Position numbers and translations under genes: made by a program. This document shows positions 28,339 through 37,600 of a stretch of DNA of 63,765 nt, piece after piece. A model generated the notes under the pieces. It saw nothing but the letters and a program-made list of their open reading frames with translations, was not told the DNA's origin and made no database searches. Where the stretch lies: contig CAZJLO010000001.1 in NCBI GenBank assembly GCA_964547105.1, positions 6,659 to 70,423 of the forward strand, in the 5' to 3' direction. This DNA comes from an uncultured Thermotogae bacterium. GTDB taxonomy: Bacteria > Bipolaricaulota > Bipolaricaulia > UBA7950 > UBA9294. Position 1 is the stretch's first letter. The number at the start of each line of letters is the position of its first letter.

Positions 28339-29099
28339 GCGGGAACGCGAACGATAGCGATCAGGACAAGAGAGGTTCAGCAAGCATCTCCGGAGCCGGT
28401 ACCATCGGTGGCGGAACCTACGAACGCGTCTCCATTTCCGGGAGCGGCAAGATCACCGGAGATATCACGGCGGACGAGATCAAGATCTCGGGCTCGGGAA
28501 AGATCGCCGGCCTTGCTCGAGTTATCCGCGTGTCCACATCGGGCGCCGCTGTTTTCGAAGCGGGCATCATCGCCGATGAGATGAGGATTAGTGGAAGTGC
28601 TCGCTCTCATGGGACAACCGAGATCAAGGAACTCAAGTGCTCCGGGGTGTTCAAGACGGACGGATCGCTTACATCGGAGTACATCAAGATCAGTGGGAGC
28701 CTCGCCGTAGACGGCGACGTCGCGTCGGAGATCTACAAGACCACCGGCGCGTTTCGCATTGGAGGATTGCTGTCTGCAGATCACATTGAGATCAATCTTG
28801 CCGGTCGCTGCGAAGCTCGGGAGATCGGCGGCGAACGGATCGAGGTCCGACGCGGGGGATGGCACCAGAAAGGGTTGATTCTTGATGGGCTCATCCGGAT
28901 TTTTACCGGAAGCACCACGTCTCGTCTGCGGAGCGCCCTGATCGAGGGCGACACGATTCATCTCGAGGATACCGAGGCGGACGTCGTTCGAGGGAAGCGC
29001 ATCTGCATAGGCCCCGGCTGCAACATCAAGACCGTGGAGTACTCCGAGGAGCTGTCCGTGGATGAAGACGCAGAGGTCGGCAGCAAGAAGAAGGTGTAA
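28335..29099 (+). CDS. YhbE/YhbF-like bactofilin (polymer-forming cytoskeletal protein)
   Basis: Repeated 'ISGSGKI.G' beta-helix units; C-terminal 'IEGDTIHLEDTEADVVRGKRICIGPGCNIKTVEYS'; ATGA overlap with yhbD. Confidence 0.85.
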   Translation: MSGNANDSDQDKRGSASISGAGTIGGGTYERVSISGSGKITGDITADEIKISGSGKIAGLARVIRVSTSGAAVFEAGIIADEMRISGSARSHGTTEIKELKCSGVFKTDGSLTSEYIKISGSLAVDGDVASEIYKTTGAFRIGGLLSADHIEINLAGRCEAREIGGERIEVRRGGWHQKGLILDGLIRIFTGSTTSRLRSALIEGDTIHLEDTEADVVRGKRICIGPGCNIKTVEYSEELSVDEDAEVGSKKKV

Positions 29100-29141
29100 G
29101 CAGAACGTGAATTCCCTGCTCAAGTAACACTTCGATGATTG

Positions 29142-29188
29142 GAGCCGGCGTTGGCGGACAATTCGGAGAACGCCAACCCCGGCTTCCC
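29142..29188. terminator. Hairpin between convergent bactofilin and lpdA genes
   Basis: GGAGCCGGCGTTGGCG ... CGCCAACCCCGGCTTCC imperfect inverted repeat. Confidence 0.4.
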
Positions 29189-29194
29189 GGCTTC

Positions 29195-30589
29195 CTAGCG
29201 GTTGATCGCGTGGATTGCCCGTCCAAGAGCCGCTTCAGCCGCTTCCTTGATCCCTTCCGGCAACGTTGGATGTGCTTGGATGGACTCCGCCAATGCTTCG
29301 ACCGTCATTCGATGTTGCACGGCGACTGCCGCAACCGCAATCAGCGTCGACGCTTCGGCACCAAGAATCTGACAGCCGACCAACGTTCCCGACGAGACTT
29401 CGGCAACGACTTCAAACAGCCCCGTGGTTTCCTCCATTGCAACGGCCTTCCCCAGGGCCGCGTACGGGAATCGCCCGACACGCACGTCAAGACCTCGTGC
29501 GCGGGCCGTCGCTTCCGACATGCCAACGGTACCGAGTTCCGGATCGGTGAACACCGCCTGCGGGATGGTCTGGTAGTCGATCCCACAGAGCAAAGCCTCG
29601 TCTGTCTGATCCAGGTGCTCAGCGACAAAGATGCCCTCGGCGGAAGCCTTGTGGGCGAGTTGCGGGCCGGGGACAAGATCCCCGATGGCGTAGATTCCAT
29701 CGGCCGTGGTCTGAAGCGCCGCATCTACCTTGACAAATCCCCGTTCATCCAATTCGATTCCCGCATCCTGTAGAGGAAGCTCACGCGAATTCGGGCGCCG
29801 GCCTACGGCCACGAGCACCCGATCGACTTCGATGACCTCACCGCCCTGCGTTGTCACCCGGCATGCGGCACCGTCTTCCTCAAGGCTGGCGGCAGCATCA
29901 CCAAGACGCAGCGTAATCCCTTCGCCCTGAATCGCCCGTTGAAGCTGCGACCGGACCCTGCGCCCAAGATCCATCGTCGGCAGAATCTCCTGGGCCATCT
30001 CGAGAACGGTCACGTCACTGCCCAATCGCCTGTAGATCGTCGCTAATTCCAGGCCGACAACCCCGGCCCCGACCACAAGAAGCGTGGATGGGATCTCTTC
30101 CACGCGAAGGGCGTCGCTGGATGACCAGACCGCTGGTGAGGAGAACGGGAACCCCGGGATCTGAACAGGGCTGGAGCCGGTCGCAATCACAACGTGGGAA
30201 CATGAGATTCGCTGTTGCGACGCAAGCGCAATGCTCCCCGATGCCAGTCCAACAACCTCGTCATGAATCACGGTAACACCGTTTTTCTTGAGCAATTGAC
30301 CGATCCCCGTCACGAGGGTATCCACCACGCGATCTTTCCACGTTGCCAGTTCGCCGCGATCGATGTGAAGCCCATCTACATGAATGCCCATGATTTCTGC
30401 GGTTCGAATCCTCTCCAACTGCTTGGTCGCCTGACACAAAGCCTTCGTTGGAATGCAGCCCCAGTTGAGACAAACTCCGCCAACTCGGTCTCGCTCCACA
30501 AGCGCGACCCGCTTGCCACGTTGGGCCATGCGGATCGCTGCGACATATCCTCCGGGGCCCGCTCCAACAACAACGACGTCATATTCCAT
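29195..30589 (-). CDS. lpdA: Dihydrolipoyl dehydrogenase
   Basis: GAGPGGYVAA, GGVCLNWGCIPTK disulfide motif, GAGVVGLE, YAIGD, LAHKA, HPTLPE. Confidence 0.95.
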   Translation of the reverse strand: MEYDVVVVGAGPGGYVAAIRMAQRGKRVALVERDRVGGVCLNWGCIPTKALCQATKQLERIRTAEIMGIHVDGLHIDRGELATWKDRVVDTLVTGIGQLLKKNGVTVIHDEVVGLASGSIALASQQRISCSHVVIATGSSPVQIPGFPFSSPAVWSSSDALRVEEIPSTLLVVGAGVVGLELATIYRRLGSDVTVLEMAQEILPTMDLGRRVRSQLQRAIQGEGITLRLGDAAASLEEDGAACRVTTQGGEVIEVDRVLVAVGRRPNSRELPLQDAGIELDERGFVKVDAALQTTADGIYAIGDLVPGPQLAHKASAEGIFVAEHLDQTDEALLCGIDYQTIPQAVFTDPELGTVGMSEATARARGLDVRVGRFPYAALGKAVAMEETTGLFEVVAEVSSGTLVGCQILGAEASTLIAVAAVAVQHRMTVEALAESIQAHPTLPEGIKEAAEAALGRAIHAINR

Positions 30590-30734
30590 CTTCAGTTCCT
30601 CCTGCTTTTGTGAACCTTATCGCTGCTCCGCGGTGAGCTCAACTACGTGGATGGCTGTCTACGATCCTCAAGCTGGTGGCATAATACATACAACTTGATA
30701 CGGATAGAATCTCGCTCCCAGAGATAGATCCCAT

Positions 30735-30806
30735 CCGTCAAAGGCAAACCCTTCGTAAGGAGGCGACGCAAAGCCACGGGCCCTACGGGGTAGCCGGGTT
30801 GCCGAA
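30735..30806 (+). ncRNA. Cyclic di-GMP-I (GEMM-I) riboswitch
   Basis: AAAGGCAAACC-CTTC-GTAA-GGAGG-CGACGCAAAGCC-ACGGG-CCC-TACG-GGG-TAGCCGGGTTGCCGAA matches the GEMM-I consensus (GGCAAAC, GNRA loop, GACGCAAAGCC, 3' GCCGA). Confidence 0.9.
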
Positions 30807-30807
30807 C

Positions 30808-31884
30808 ATGCGAACGAGAACCAGAACTCTCTTGACGATCCTCGGAATTCTCGCGATCGCTCTTGTTGCCGTCTTTGGATCGCCTCCAGACAACGCCGTT
30901 CATGACATCGCTGGAGCGGGTGGCGCCTCGAATGCATCCGCCGCGATCATCGATGCTTCCGCCGTCTCCTGGTCGATCGAACGCGTCGGTGCTCCAGCCG
31001 CATGGAGCATCACCACAGGCTCTTCCGAGATCGTCGTCGCGGTCATCGATAGCGGGATCGACGCTACGCTTCCGGATTTGGCCGGCTGTCTGTGGACAAA
31101 CAGTGATGAGATCGCCGGGAATGGCATTGATGATGACGGCAACGGGTACATTGATGATCTCCATGGCTGGGACTTCCGTGACAACGACGCCACTTCTCTC
31201 AGCGGAACGGCGATCCATTGGCACGGGACATTCGTTGCGGGCCTGATCGTCGCTCAACCCGATTCCAATGAAGCAACCGGGGTCGCGCCGGATGTTCGGG
31301 TGATGGACCTTCGATTCCTTGACACGCGGAATCAGTTCTACGGACGAGACTGGGAGATGTTCGCCGAGGCTATTGACTACGCGGTCGACAACGATGCCGA
31401 CATCATCAATCTAAGCATCTACTGCAACGGTACTCCTCCAGCGGTACTGGAACGGGCCATCCGCCGCGCTGATCAGGCCGGGGTACTCGTCGTCGGGATC
31501 GCCGGCAACAACGGAAGCAACACGGTCTGCTATCCTGGGTCCTATTCGTCGGTAATCGCCGTGTCGGCAACAGACCAGGACGATCACCTTGCTTCGTTCA
31601 GCAACTACGGGACTCAGGTGGCCGTTTGTGCACCGGGTGATTCCGTGATTTCATTGTATCCGGGCGGCGAGATCGCCGAAGGATCGGGGACATCCTTTGC
31701 CGCACCTCATGTCAGTGCTGCGCTTGCTCTGATCCTCTCGCAAAACGGCCTTCTCTCTCCGGAAGAAGCACTTGCCCATCTCGTCGATTCCGCAACCGAT
31801 CTTGGCGCGTCGGGACCGGATGATGAATATGGCAGCGGGCTGATCAACGCAGGGCCAGCCGTCGCATCGGCCGGTTCCGGCTAG
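30808..31884 (+). CDS. S8 (subtilisin-like) serine peptidase, exported
   Basis: Signal peptide; triad VAVIDSG (D), HGTFVAG (H), GTSFAAP (S); oxyanion AGN; DDDGNGYIDD Ca loop; ATG directly after riboswitch. Confidence 0.93.
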   Translation: MRTRTRTLLTILGILAIALVAVFGSPPDNAVHDIAGAGGASNASAAIIDASAVSWSIERVGAPAAWSITTGSSEIVVAVIDSGIDATLPDLAGCLWTNSDEIAGNGIDDDGNGYIDDLHGWDFRDNDATSLSGTAIHWHGTFVAGLIVAQPDSNEATGVAPDVRVMDLRFLDTRNQFYGRDWEMFAEAIDYAVDNDADIINLSIYCNGTPPAVLERAIRRADQAGVLVVGIAGNNGSNTVCYPGSYSSVIAVSATDQDDHLASFSNYGTQVAVCAPGDSVISLYPGGEIAEGSGTSFAAPHVSAALALILSQNGLLSPEEALAHLVDSATDLGASGPDDEYGSGLINAGPAVASAGSG

Positions 31885-32187
31885 CCCGGGACCGTAGCAG
31901 CGAAGAAGACCGTCTCCAATACCAACGATTCTGTCCAGGTCGGTGTCCAACCCCAGGAGCGGCGGCAATGCCTCCTTTGGCTCGAGGGTTTCCTTCCAAG
32001 CACGATATGGATTCGGTGGCGTGGCGACATCTCCGGTTTCCCACCTGCTGCTTCCCACCGCGTCGAGGTCGACAGAACGCCGTGGCGGTTGGGCGGCTTG
32101 GCGATTCGAAGGTCGCATCCACTTCCATGGCCAGCATCCTCCACAAAGAAGCGGGTTGATCGCCGTGGATGAATCCCGACCCAATAC

Positions 32188-32207
32188 CGCCCCCCCCGGG
32201 GGGGGCG
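32188..32207. repeat. Perfect 20-bp palindrome CG-C8-G8-CG
   Basis: CGCCCCCCCCGGGGGGGGCG read directly from the sequence, about 130 nt upstream of the antiporter start. Confidence 0.9.
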
Positions 32208-32333
32208 AAGTAAGCTTGTTGCGGCTGCCGCAAGCCATGTGGCTTGTCGCCCTTTTCCAGGCGGTTGCCGAATCCGGCGCGTGGGCGTACACTCCGGCGT
32301 CCTCCGCTAGAGGACGCCAAGGAGTGGGTATTC

Positions 32334-33563
32334 TTGAACGCATTGCTAATCCTCGGGAGCACGGTGGTTGCCGGCTATTTCCTTGGAGAGTTGGCTGCCA
32401 AGCTCGGACTTCCGCGGGTTAGCGGGTACATCCTTGCCGGGCTGGCTCTCAATCCGAACCTGACAACATTCATTCCCAGCGCGTTTGTCGCTTCAACGGG
32501 AACGCTGACCAACCTGTCGCTCGCCGTGCTGACCTTTGCCGTGGGGGGGACGCTGGCATTCGCTTCGCTAAAGGAGCTTGGAAAGGGAATCCTGTTCCTG
32601 GCCCTCGGCGAATCCGAACTGTCGGCGCTTCTCGTAACCGGTGGCTTGATGATCACATTGCCGTTTTTCGTTCATCTCGACGGAACGTACCTGACGACGA
32701 TCTTACCGCTTGCGCTTCTCCTCGGCGCACTCGCGTCACCTACGGATCCGTCAGCCACGCTGGCCGTCATCCATCAGTACAAGGCGAAAGGGATCGTATC
32801 GTTCAGTATCATGGCATCCGCTGCGGTCGACGATGCATTGGGAATTCTCAATTTCAGTTTCGCTACGATGATCGCGGCGGTTCTTGTCGCACATACGGCC
32901 GGAGGTTTTGGCGCCTTCATCGAGCCATTCATCGCCATCTTCGGCGCGATCGGATTGGGGATGGCATGTGGACTGCTGTTCCATTTTGTCCCAAGAATTC
33001 TTCATGCCGAAGCCGACGGTCTGCTTCTGGTTCTGCTCGTCGGGTTGCTCGCGCTCGCCTATGGCCTTTCCACCGTATTCAAGCTTGACGAACTGCTGTC
33101 CACCATGGCGATGGGAGTCATGGTCGTGAACTTCGGCAGTCGCCGAGATCGCGTGTTCCACTTGCTTGAGGAATACGTAGAGCCGATAGTCTTCGTGCTG
33201 TTCTTCACGATCAGCGGGATGTTGCTCGATTTCCAGATCCTGTTTCGTTTCTTCCCCGTTGTCCTCATCTTCGTCCTGTTCCGGTCGCTGGGGAAGATCG
33301 GCGGAGCCTATCTCGGAGCCACGGTCGGACGTACGTCGCGCGAGGTCCGCCGCTACGCCGGGTGGGGACTCATTCCTCAAGGCGGTATCGTCATCGGGCT
33401 GGCGTTGGTATTACAGAGGAACCCTGCCTTCAACGATCTCAGTTCGATCCTGGTCAATGTGGTGATTGGCGCAACCGTGATCCATGAATTGGTCGGCCCG
33501 CTCACCGCCAAATTGGCGATCTTCAAGTCGGGGGAGATCGGCGGTGGAGCCAGCCCCTCTTGA
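32334..33563 (+). CDS. Cation:proton antiporter (CPA2/Kef-like), no cytoplasmic RCK domain
   Basis: LGLPRVSGYILAG, PTDPSAT, VDDA, FVLFFTISG, R..GK..GAYLG, PQGG; TTG 32334 follows SD AAGGAG. Confidence 0.88.
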   Translation: MNALLILGSTVVAGYFLGELAAKLGLPRVSGYILAGLALNPNLTTFIPSAFVASTGTLTNLSLAVLTFAVGGTLAFASLKELGKGILFLALGESELSALLVTGGLMITLPFFVHLDGTYLTTILPLALLLGALASPTDPSATLAVIHQYKAKGIVSFSIMASAAVDDALGILNFSFATMIAAVLVAHTAGGFGAFIEPFIAIFGAIGLGMACGLLFHFVPRILHAEADGLLLVLLVGLLALAYGLSTVFKLDELLSTMAMGVMVVNFGSRRDRVFHLLEEYVEPIVFVLFFTISGMLLDFQILFRFFPVVLIFVLFRSLGKIGGAYLGATVGRTSREVRRYAGWGLIPQGGIVIGLALVLQRNPAFNDLSSILVNVVIGATVIHELVGPLTAKLAIFKSGEIGGGASPS

Positions 33564-33929
33564 GCCAGGACAGAATCCGCGTTCTGATGCTTGTGGAAGC
33601 TGCTATCCGGTTCATCCGAGGCCGCAGATGAACCCGGGATAGCGTCCTGTTTTCGCTTCGAATGGAGACGGTTAAGAAGTCCGTTCCAATCAGGAACATC
33701 ACTCATCGGCTCCGCTCGAATCGCAGTACCCCTCGTGACAAAAGAAGACGCAGGAAGGCATGAGAACCTCCCTGCTGTCTTCTACCGGGTGGTGCTAGCT
33801 GTCTGTGAGGAAAATGTAACCTATGGCTTAGTTAAGAGGTGGGACTTGCGTCCATCCAACAGGGGATGAATGTCTTGCGCAGCCCACTGAGGAGTAAGAA
33901 TCCGCAGTGGGCCACCACCGGGATCAAGT

Positions 33930-34637
33930 TCAGGCAGGCATTCGAGCCGATGCGAGAACGTGTGAGACAGTGGCTCGAGCAAGCACACTCATCGAATCGA
34001 TCACTTCGGCTTCGACATCATCCGGGCGAACCAGAAGGGAAACCTCGGTGCAACCAACGAGAATCGCATCGGCTCCACGATCAAGCATCATCCGCGCCAC
34101 GGCGGCGACTTGTCGACGACCGATCAATGATCCTGCCTTGACTCCGGCAATTGCATCCATGATCGCCTGGCATTGCTCGGGGTCGGGGACACAGAGACGT
34201 GGGCCCCCATCTCCGAACGCTTTCTCGTACAACTCGGACTGCAGCGCGCCATTCGTCGCAAGAACGCCCAACTCTCGTGGACTTGAGGCCGTATGGCGGA
34301 TCACGTGAACGGTCTCTGCGATCATGTCGATGATCGGAATGGAGACGGCTTCTTGTAGCTCGTTGTACCAAGCGTGCGCCGTGTTGCAGGGCATGGCAAG
34401 ACACGTCGCTCCAGCGGATTCAAGACGACGGGCAACCACGATAAGCCGGGCAAGAGGGCTCTCGCCGCACCCGATCAGCGCATCCTGTCGACTCGGGATC
34501 GATGGATCGCTGTCAATCAGAACGTGGAGGTGCTCGTCGTCGCCACGAGCCGGCGTCATCGCTACGAGCCGGCGGTAGAACTCCGCCGTGGCTTGTGGTC
34601 CCATCCCGCCGATGACCCCTACCGTCGGCTGCTTCAC
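33930..34637 (-). CDS. Aspartate/glutamate racemase family protein
   Basis: GVIGGMGPQAT, both catalytic Cys present (PCNTAH, GCTE); GTGA overlap with the upstream oxidoreductase. Confidence 0.9.
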   Translation of the reverse strand: MKQPTVGVIGGMGPQATAEFYRRLVAMTPARGDDEHLHVLIDSDPSIPSRQDALIGCGESPLARLIVVARRLESAGATCLAMPCNTAHAWYNELQEAVSIPIIDMIAETVHVIRHTASSPRELGVLATNGALQSELYEKAFGDGGPRLCVPDPEQCQAIMDAIAGVKAGSLIGRRQVAAVARMMLDRGADAILVGCTEVSLLVRPDDVEAEVIDSMSVLARATVSHVLASARMPA

Positions 34638-37600
34638 GATACGCCCTCCAAAAGGGTTCCAAGAGCCCGGTCAATCCGTGACGCCAGGGAGGCCGGCGTC
34701 GATCCAGCAACGGCGGCCGAACCCGCTGTTTTCTTCATGTCAGCGCGAACGACTTCCACTAGTTTGTCATACGTCTCGGGAAGCCCTTCCACGCCGAGCG
34801 CGGCTGCCAGGCGTCCGATGACTTCCCATGTTTCGAGGTCGAGCGGCCCATCAACAGCCCGGACCAAGTCCTGCTCTCCACGCATCCCGGCAACTCGGCC
34901 GCGGGTTTCAATCGGAGTTCTCATCGGCAGGACGATCTGGGCTCGCTCGGTCGTTTCGTTGGCAACGGGACTCACGGCAATTAGGGCTTCGACATCCAGC
35001 AGATACCGCCTCCCTGCCGCCGTGCTCGCAGGATCAGAACCGACGCTGATCCACACGCCGGCCGCGCCGGCCATGTTCTCTACAAATCCAAGTCGCCGCA
35101 AGCCTATGCCGTTGGCCGTGGCCGGTACAAGAAGGATCTTCCACTGGGGGTCCATCTTGACCAAACCGGCGATCGCTCCAAGAGCGTGGTGATCCACGGC
35201 ATGTGACCTTACTACGAATACGACCCGTTTGCCTTCGCCGATCGCAGCAACGGCTTCACGGATTCCTTGATCATCGGTTGTCGCATTGGAGCGGGCATCC
35301 CGAAGTCCACCCAGCAATGCCAGAGTCGCTTCCGCCGGCAATTCCGCCGTTGCCCCCGGCACGCATGCCCCCAGACTGATCAGGCGAACGCCGTGCCCCA
35401 TCGCCTGCCGCAGAATCGCATCCACGGAGACCTTCCCGTACGATTCGGTCGGGCTGACCACAACGAGAACATCCGCACGATCGAGGTCGTCCAACCGGGC
35501 GATGCTGTTTGCATCGATCTCCACTTTTGGACTCGGTACGACATCGAAGATCGGCGCTCCGCCGCGCAATCCATCCGCCAACCGCGCCACCAGCCACCCT
35601 TCTTCATGCGTCAACAACCCGGTGCCAAAGACTGCGGTCCTTTTGTTGGCCTGGCTGACGAGGCGCGAGGCTTCGTGCAGCGCATCTTCCCATGAGGATT
35701 CAACCAGCGCGCTGCCTCGCCGGATCATCGGAGAGGTGATCCGTGGCTGCGAGGCAATCGCATGCCATCCGTATCGACCCCGAGCACAGAGGACGCTCTT
35801 GCCGTCGCTGGGAACGGTGCGCACGTAGTTGCCGTACAGCGTCAGCACATCGATCTCGCAGCCGACGCCGCACAACGCGCAGATGGTGCTTGTTCGGTCA
35901 ACATCGACGGGAGCTTGCTTGGCAAGGGTCGTCCTGTCGTACAACGCTCCGGTAGGGCATGTATCCACACACGCTCCACAGGACACGCAATCAGAATCCT
36001 GCCAGGCGCGGTTGAACGGCGCTTGGACTTCCGTTTCGATTCCGCGCCCCGAGAATTCGATCGCGGCGACGCCGCAGACATCCCGGCATACTCGAATGCA
36101 GCGCCCGCACTGCACACACTTGCCGACCTTGCGAACGATGAACGGGTGGCGTTCATCACGGCGTATGCGGGGAGGTTGACCGGCGTAGGCGTGCTGATCG
36201 GCATCGATTGCACTCGCGTACTCTCGGAGAGCGCAATCGTTGAATGACATGCATCCGCACTCCAGACACCGCTGTCCGGCGGCGACAGCTTCGTCATCGG
36301 TGAGCGCGGTTTCGTACTCGTCGAAATCGAGAACCCGAACATCCGCAGCTCGGACTGCGGTTCGAATTCTGGGAGCCGTCGCTGGATGTCCGATGTCCGA
36401 GAATGTCACGTCTTCCTTCACGTGGTTATAGACCGGATCGGAGCCAGCCACTTGTCCGCGGAAGATACGATCGATCGCGTCCGCGGCTCTATGCCCTGCA
36501 CCCACTGCGTCCACGGCGATGCTCGGGCCGGTTACGGCATCGCCTCCCGCGAACACCAGCGACTCCGAACACTGTCCTGTCAGCGAATCGGCAACCAGCC
36601 GTCCTCGTCGATCCACCGCGATCCCGGTGCCAAGAAGGCAACTTGAATCGACCGCTTGTCCGACCGCAAGAAGCGCCGCGTCCACGTTCACGACAAACTC
36701 CGACCCCTCGATGGGGATCGGCCTTCGACGTCCGCTTTCATCGGGTTGTCCGAGTTCCATCTGCACGCAACGTATCCCGCGGAGGGTGTCCCCGTCGCCA
36801 AGAAACTCGATCGGCTGCGTCAAGAACCGGAACGATACCTGCTCATCCCTCGCCTCCGCCACTTCATGCGCCAACGCCGGCATCTCTTCTTCGGTGCGCC
36901 GGTAAATCACGGTGACATCCGCCCCTAGGCGACGCGCACATCGTGCAGCATCCATCGCCGTGTTTCCCCCTCCGATCACCGCCACGCGCGAAGGCATCTG
37001 GGGACGGTCCCCATTGTTGACCTGGCGTAGGAAGTCGGTGCCTTGGGCTACCGACGGATGCGTCTCACCAGGGATTCCCATCCCGTGGGTTCCCCACGCG
37101 CCGATCCCGAGGAAGATCGCATCGTACTCGTCGGCCAGCTGTTGATAGGTGATGTCCGAACCAAGCCGCACCCCGTTCCGAAGGTCGATTCCCATCCGCC
37201 GGAAGACGTCGATTTCCCGGTCGAGAACGTTGTGAGGAAGACGATACTCAGGAATCCCGTAACGGAGCATCCCCCCCATCCTCGGCATTGCCTCGAATAC
37301 GGTTACCGCGTGGCCACGGCGCCTCAGAAAATACGCTGCAGACAGGCCGGCCGGACCACCGCCAACCACGGCGATACGCTTTCCGGTCGCTTCGGCGATC
37401 GATGGCGTGTAATCCACATCTCGGTCGCCAAGGAATCTCTTGAGGTGACGAATCTGAAGGGGCTCTTCGGCAATCGTCCGGCGACAAGCATCTTCGCAAG
37501 GGGCAGGGCAGATCCTGCCGAACGAAGCCGGGAACGGGAGGTGTTCGTACAGCAGTTTCAGTCCATCGTCAAATTTCCCATTCGCGGCCAGCGTGACATA

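Noticed and set aside
30401-30411. GGTTCGAATCC, resembling a tRNA T-loop
   Set aside because: Lies inside lpdA on the opposite strand; no acceptor, D or anticodon stems around it
32160-32190. GGATGAATCCC resembling part of the c-di-AMP (ydaO) riboswitch
   Set aside because: The other conserved blocks (5' GCTGAATCC, GGGGGAAC, 3' AGCTAAC) are missing
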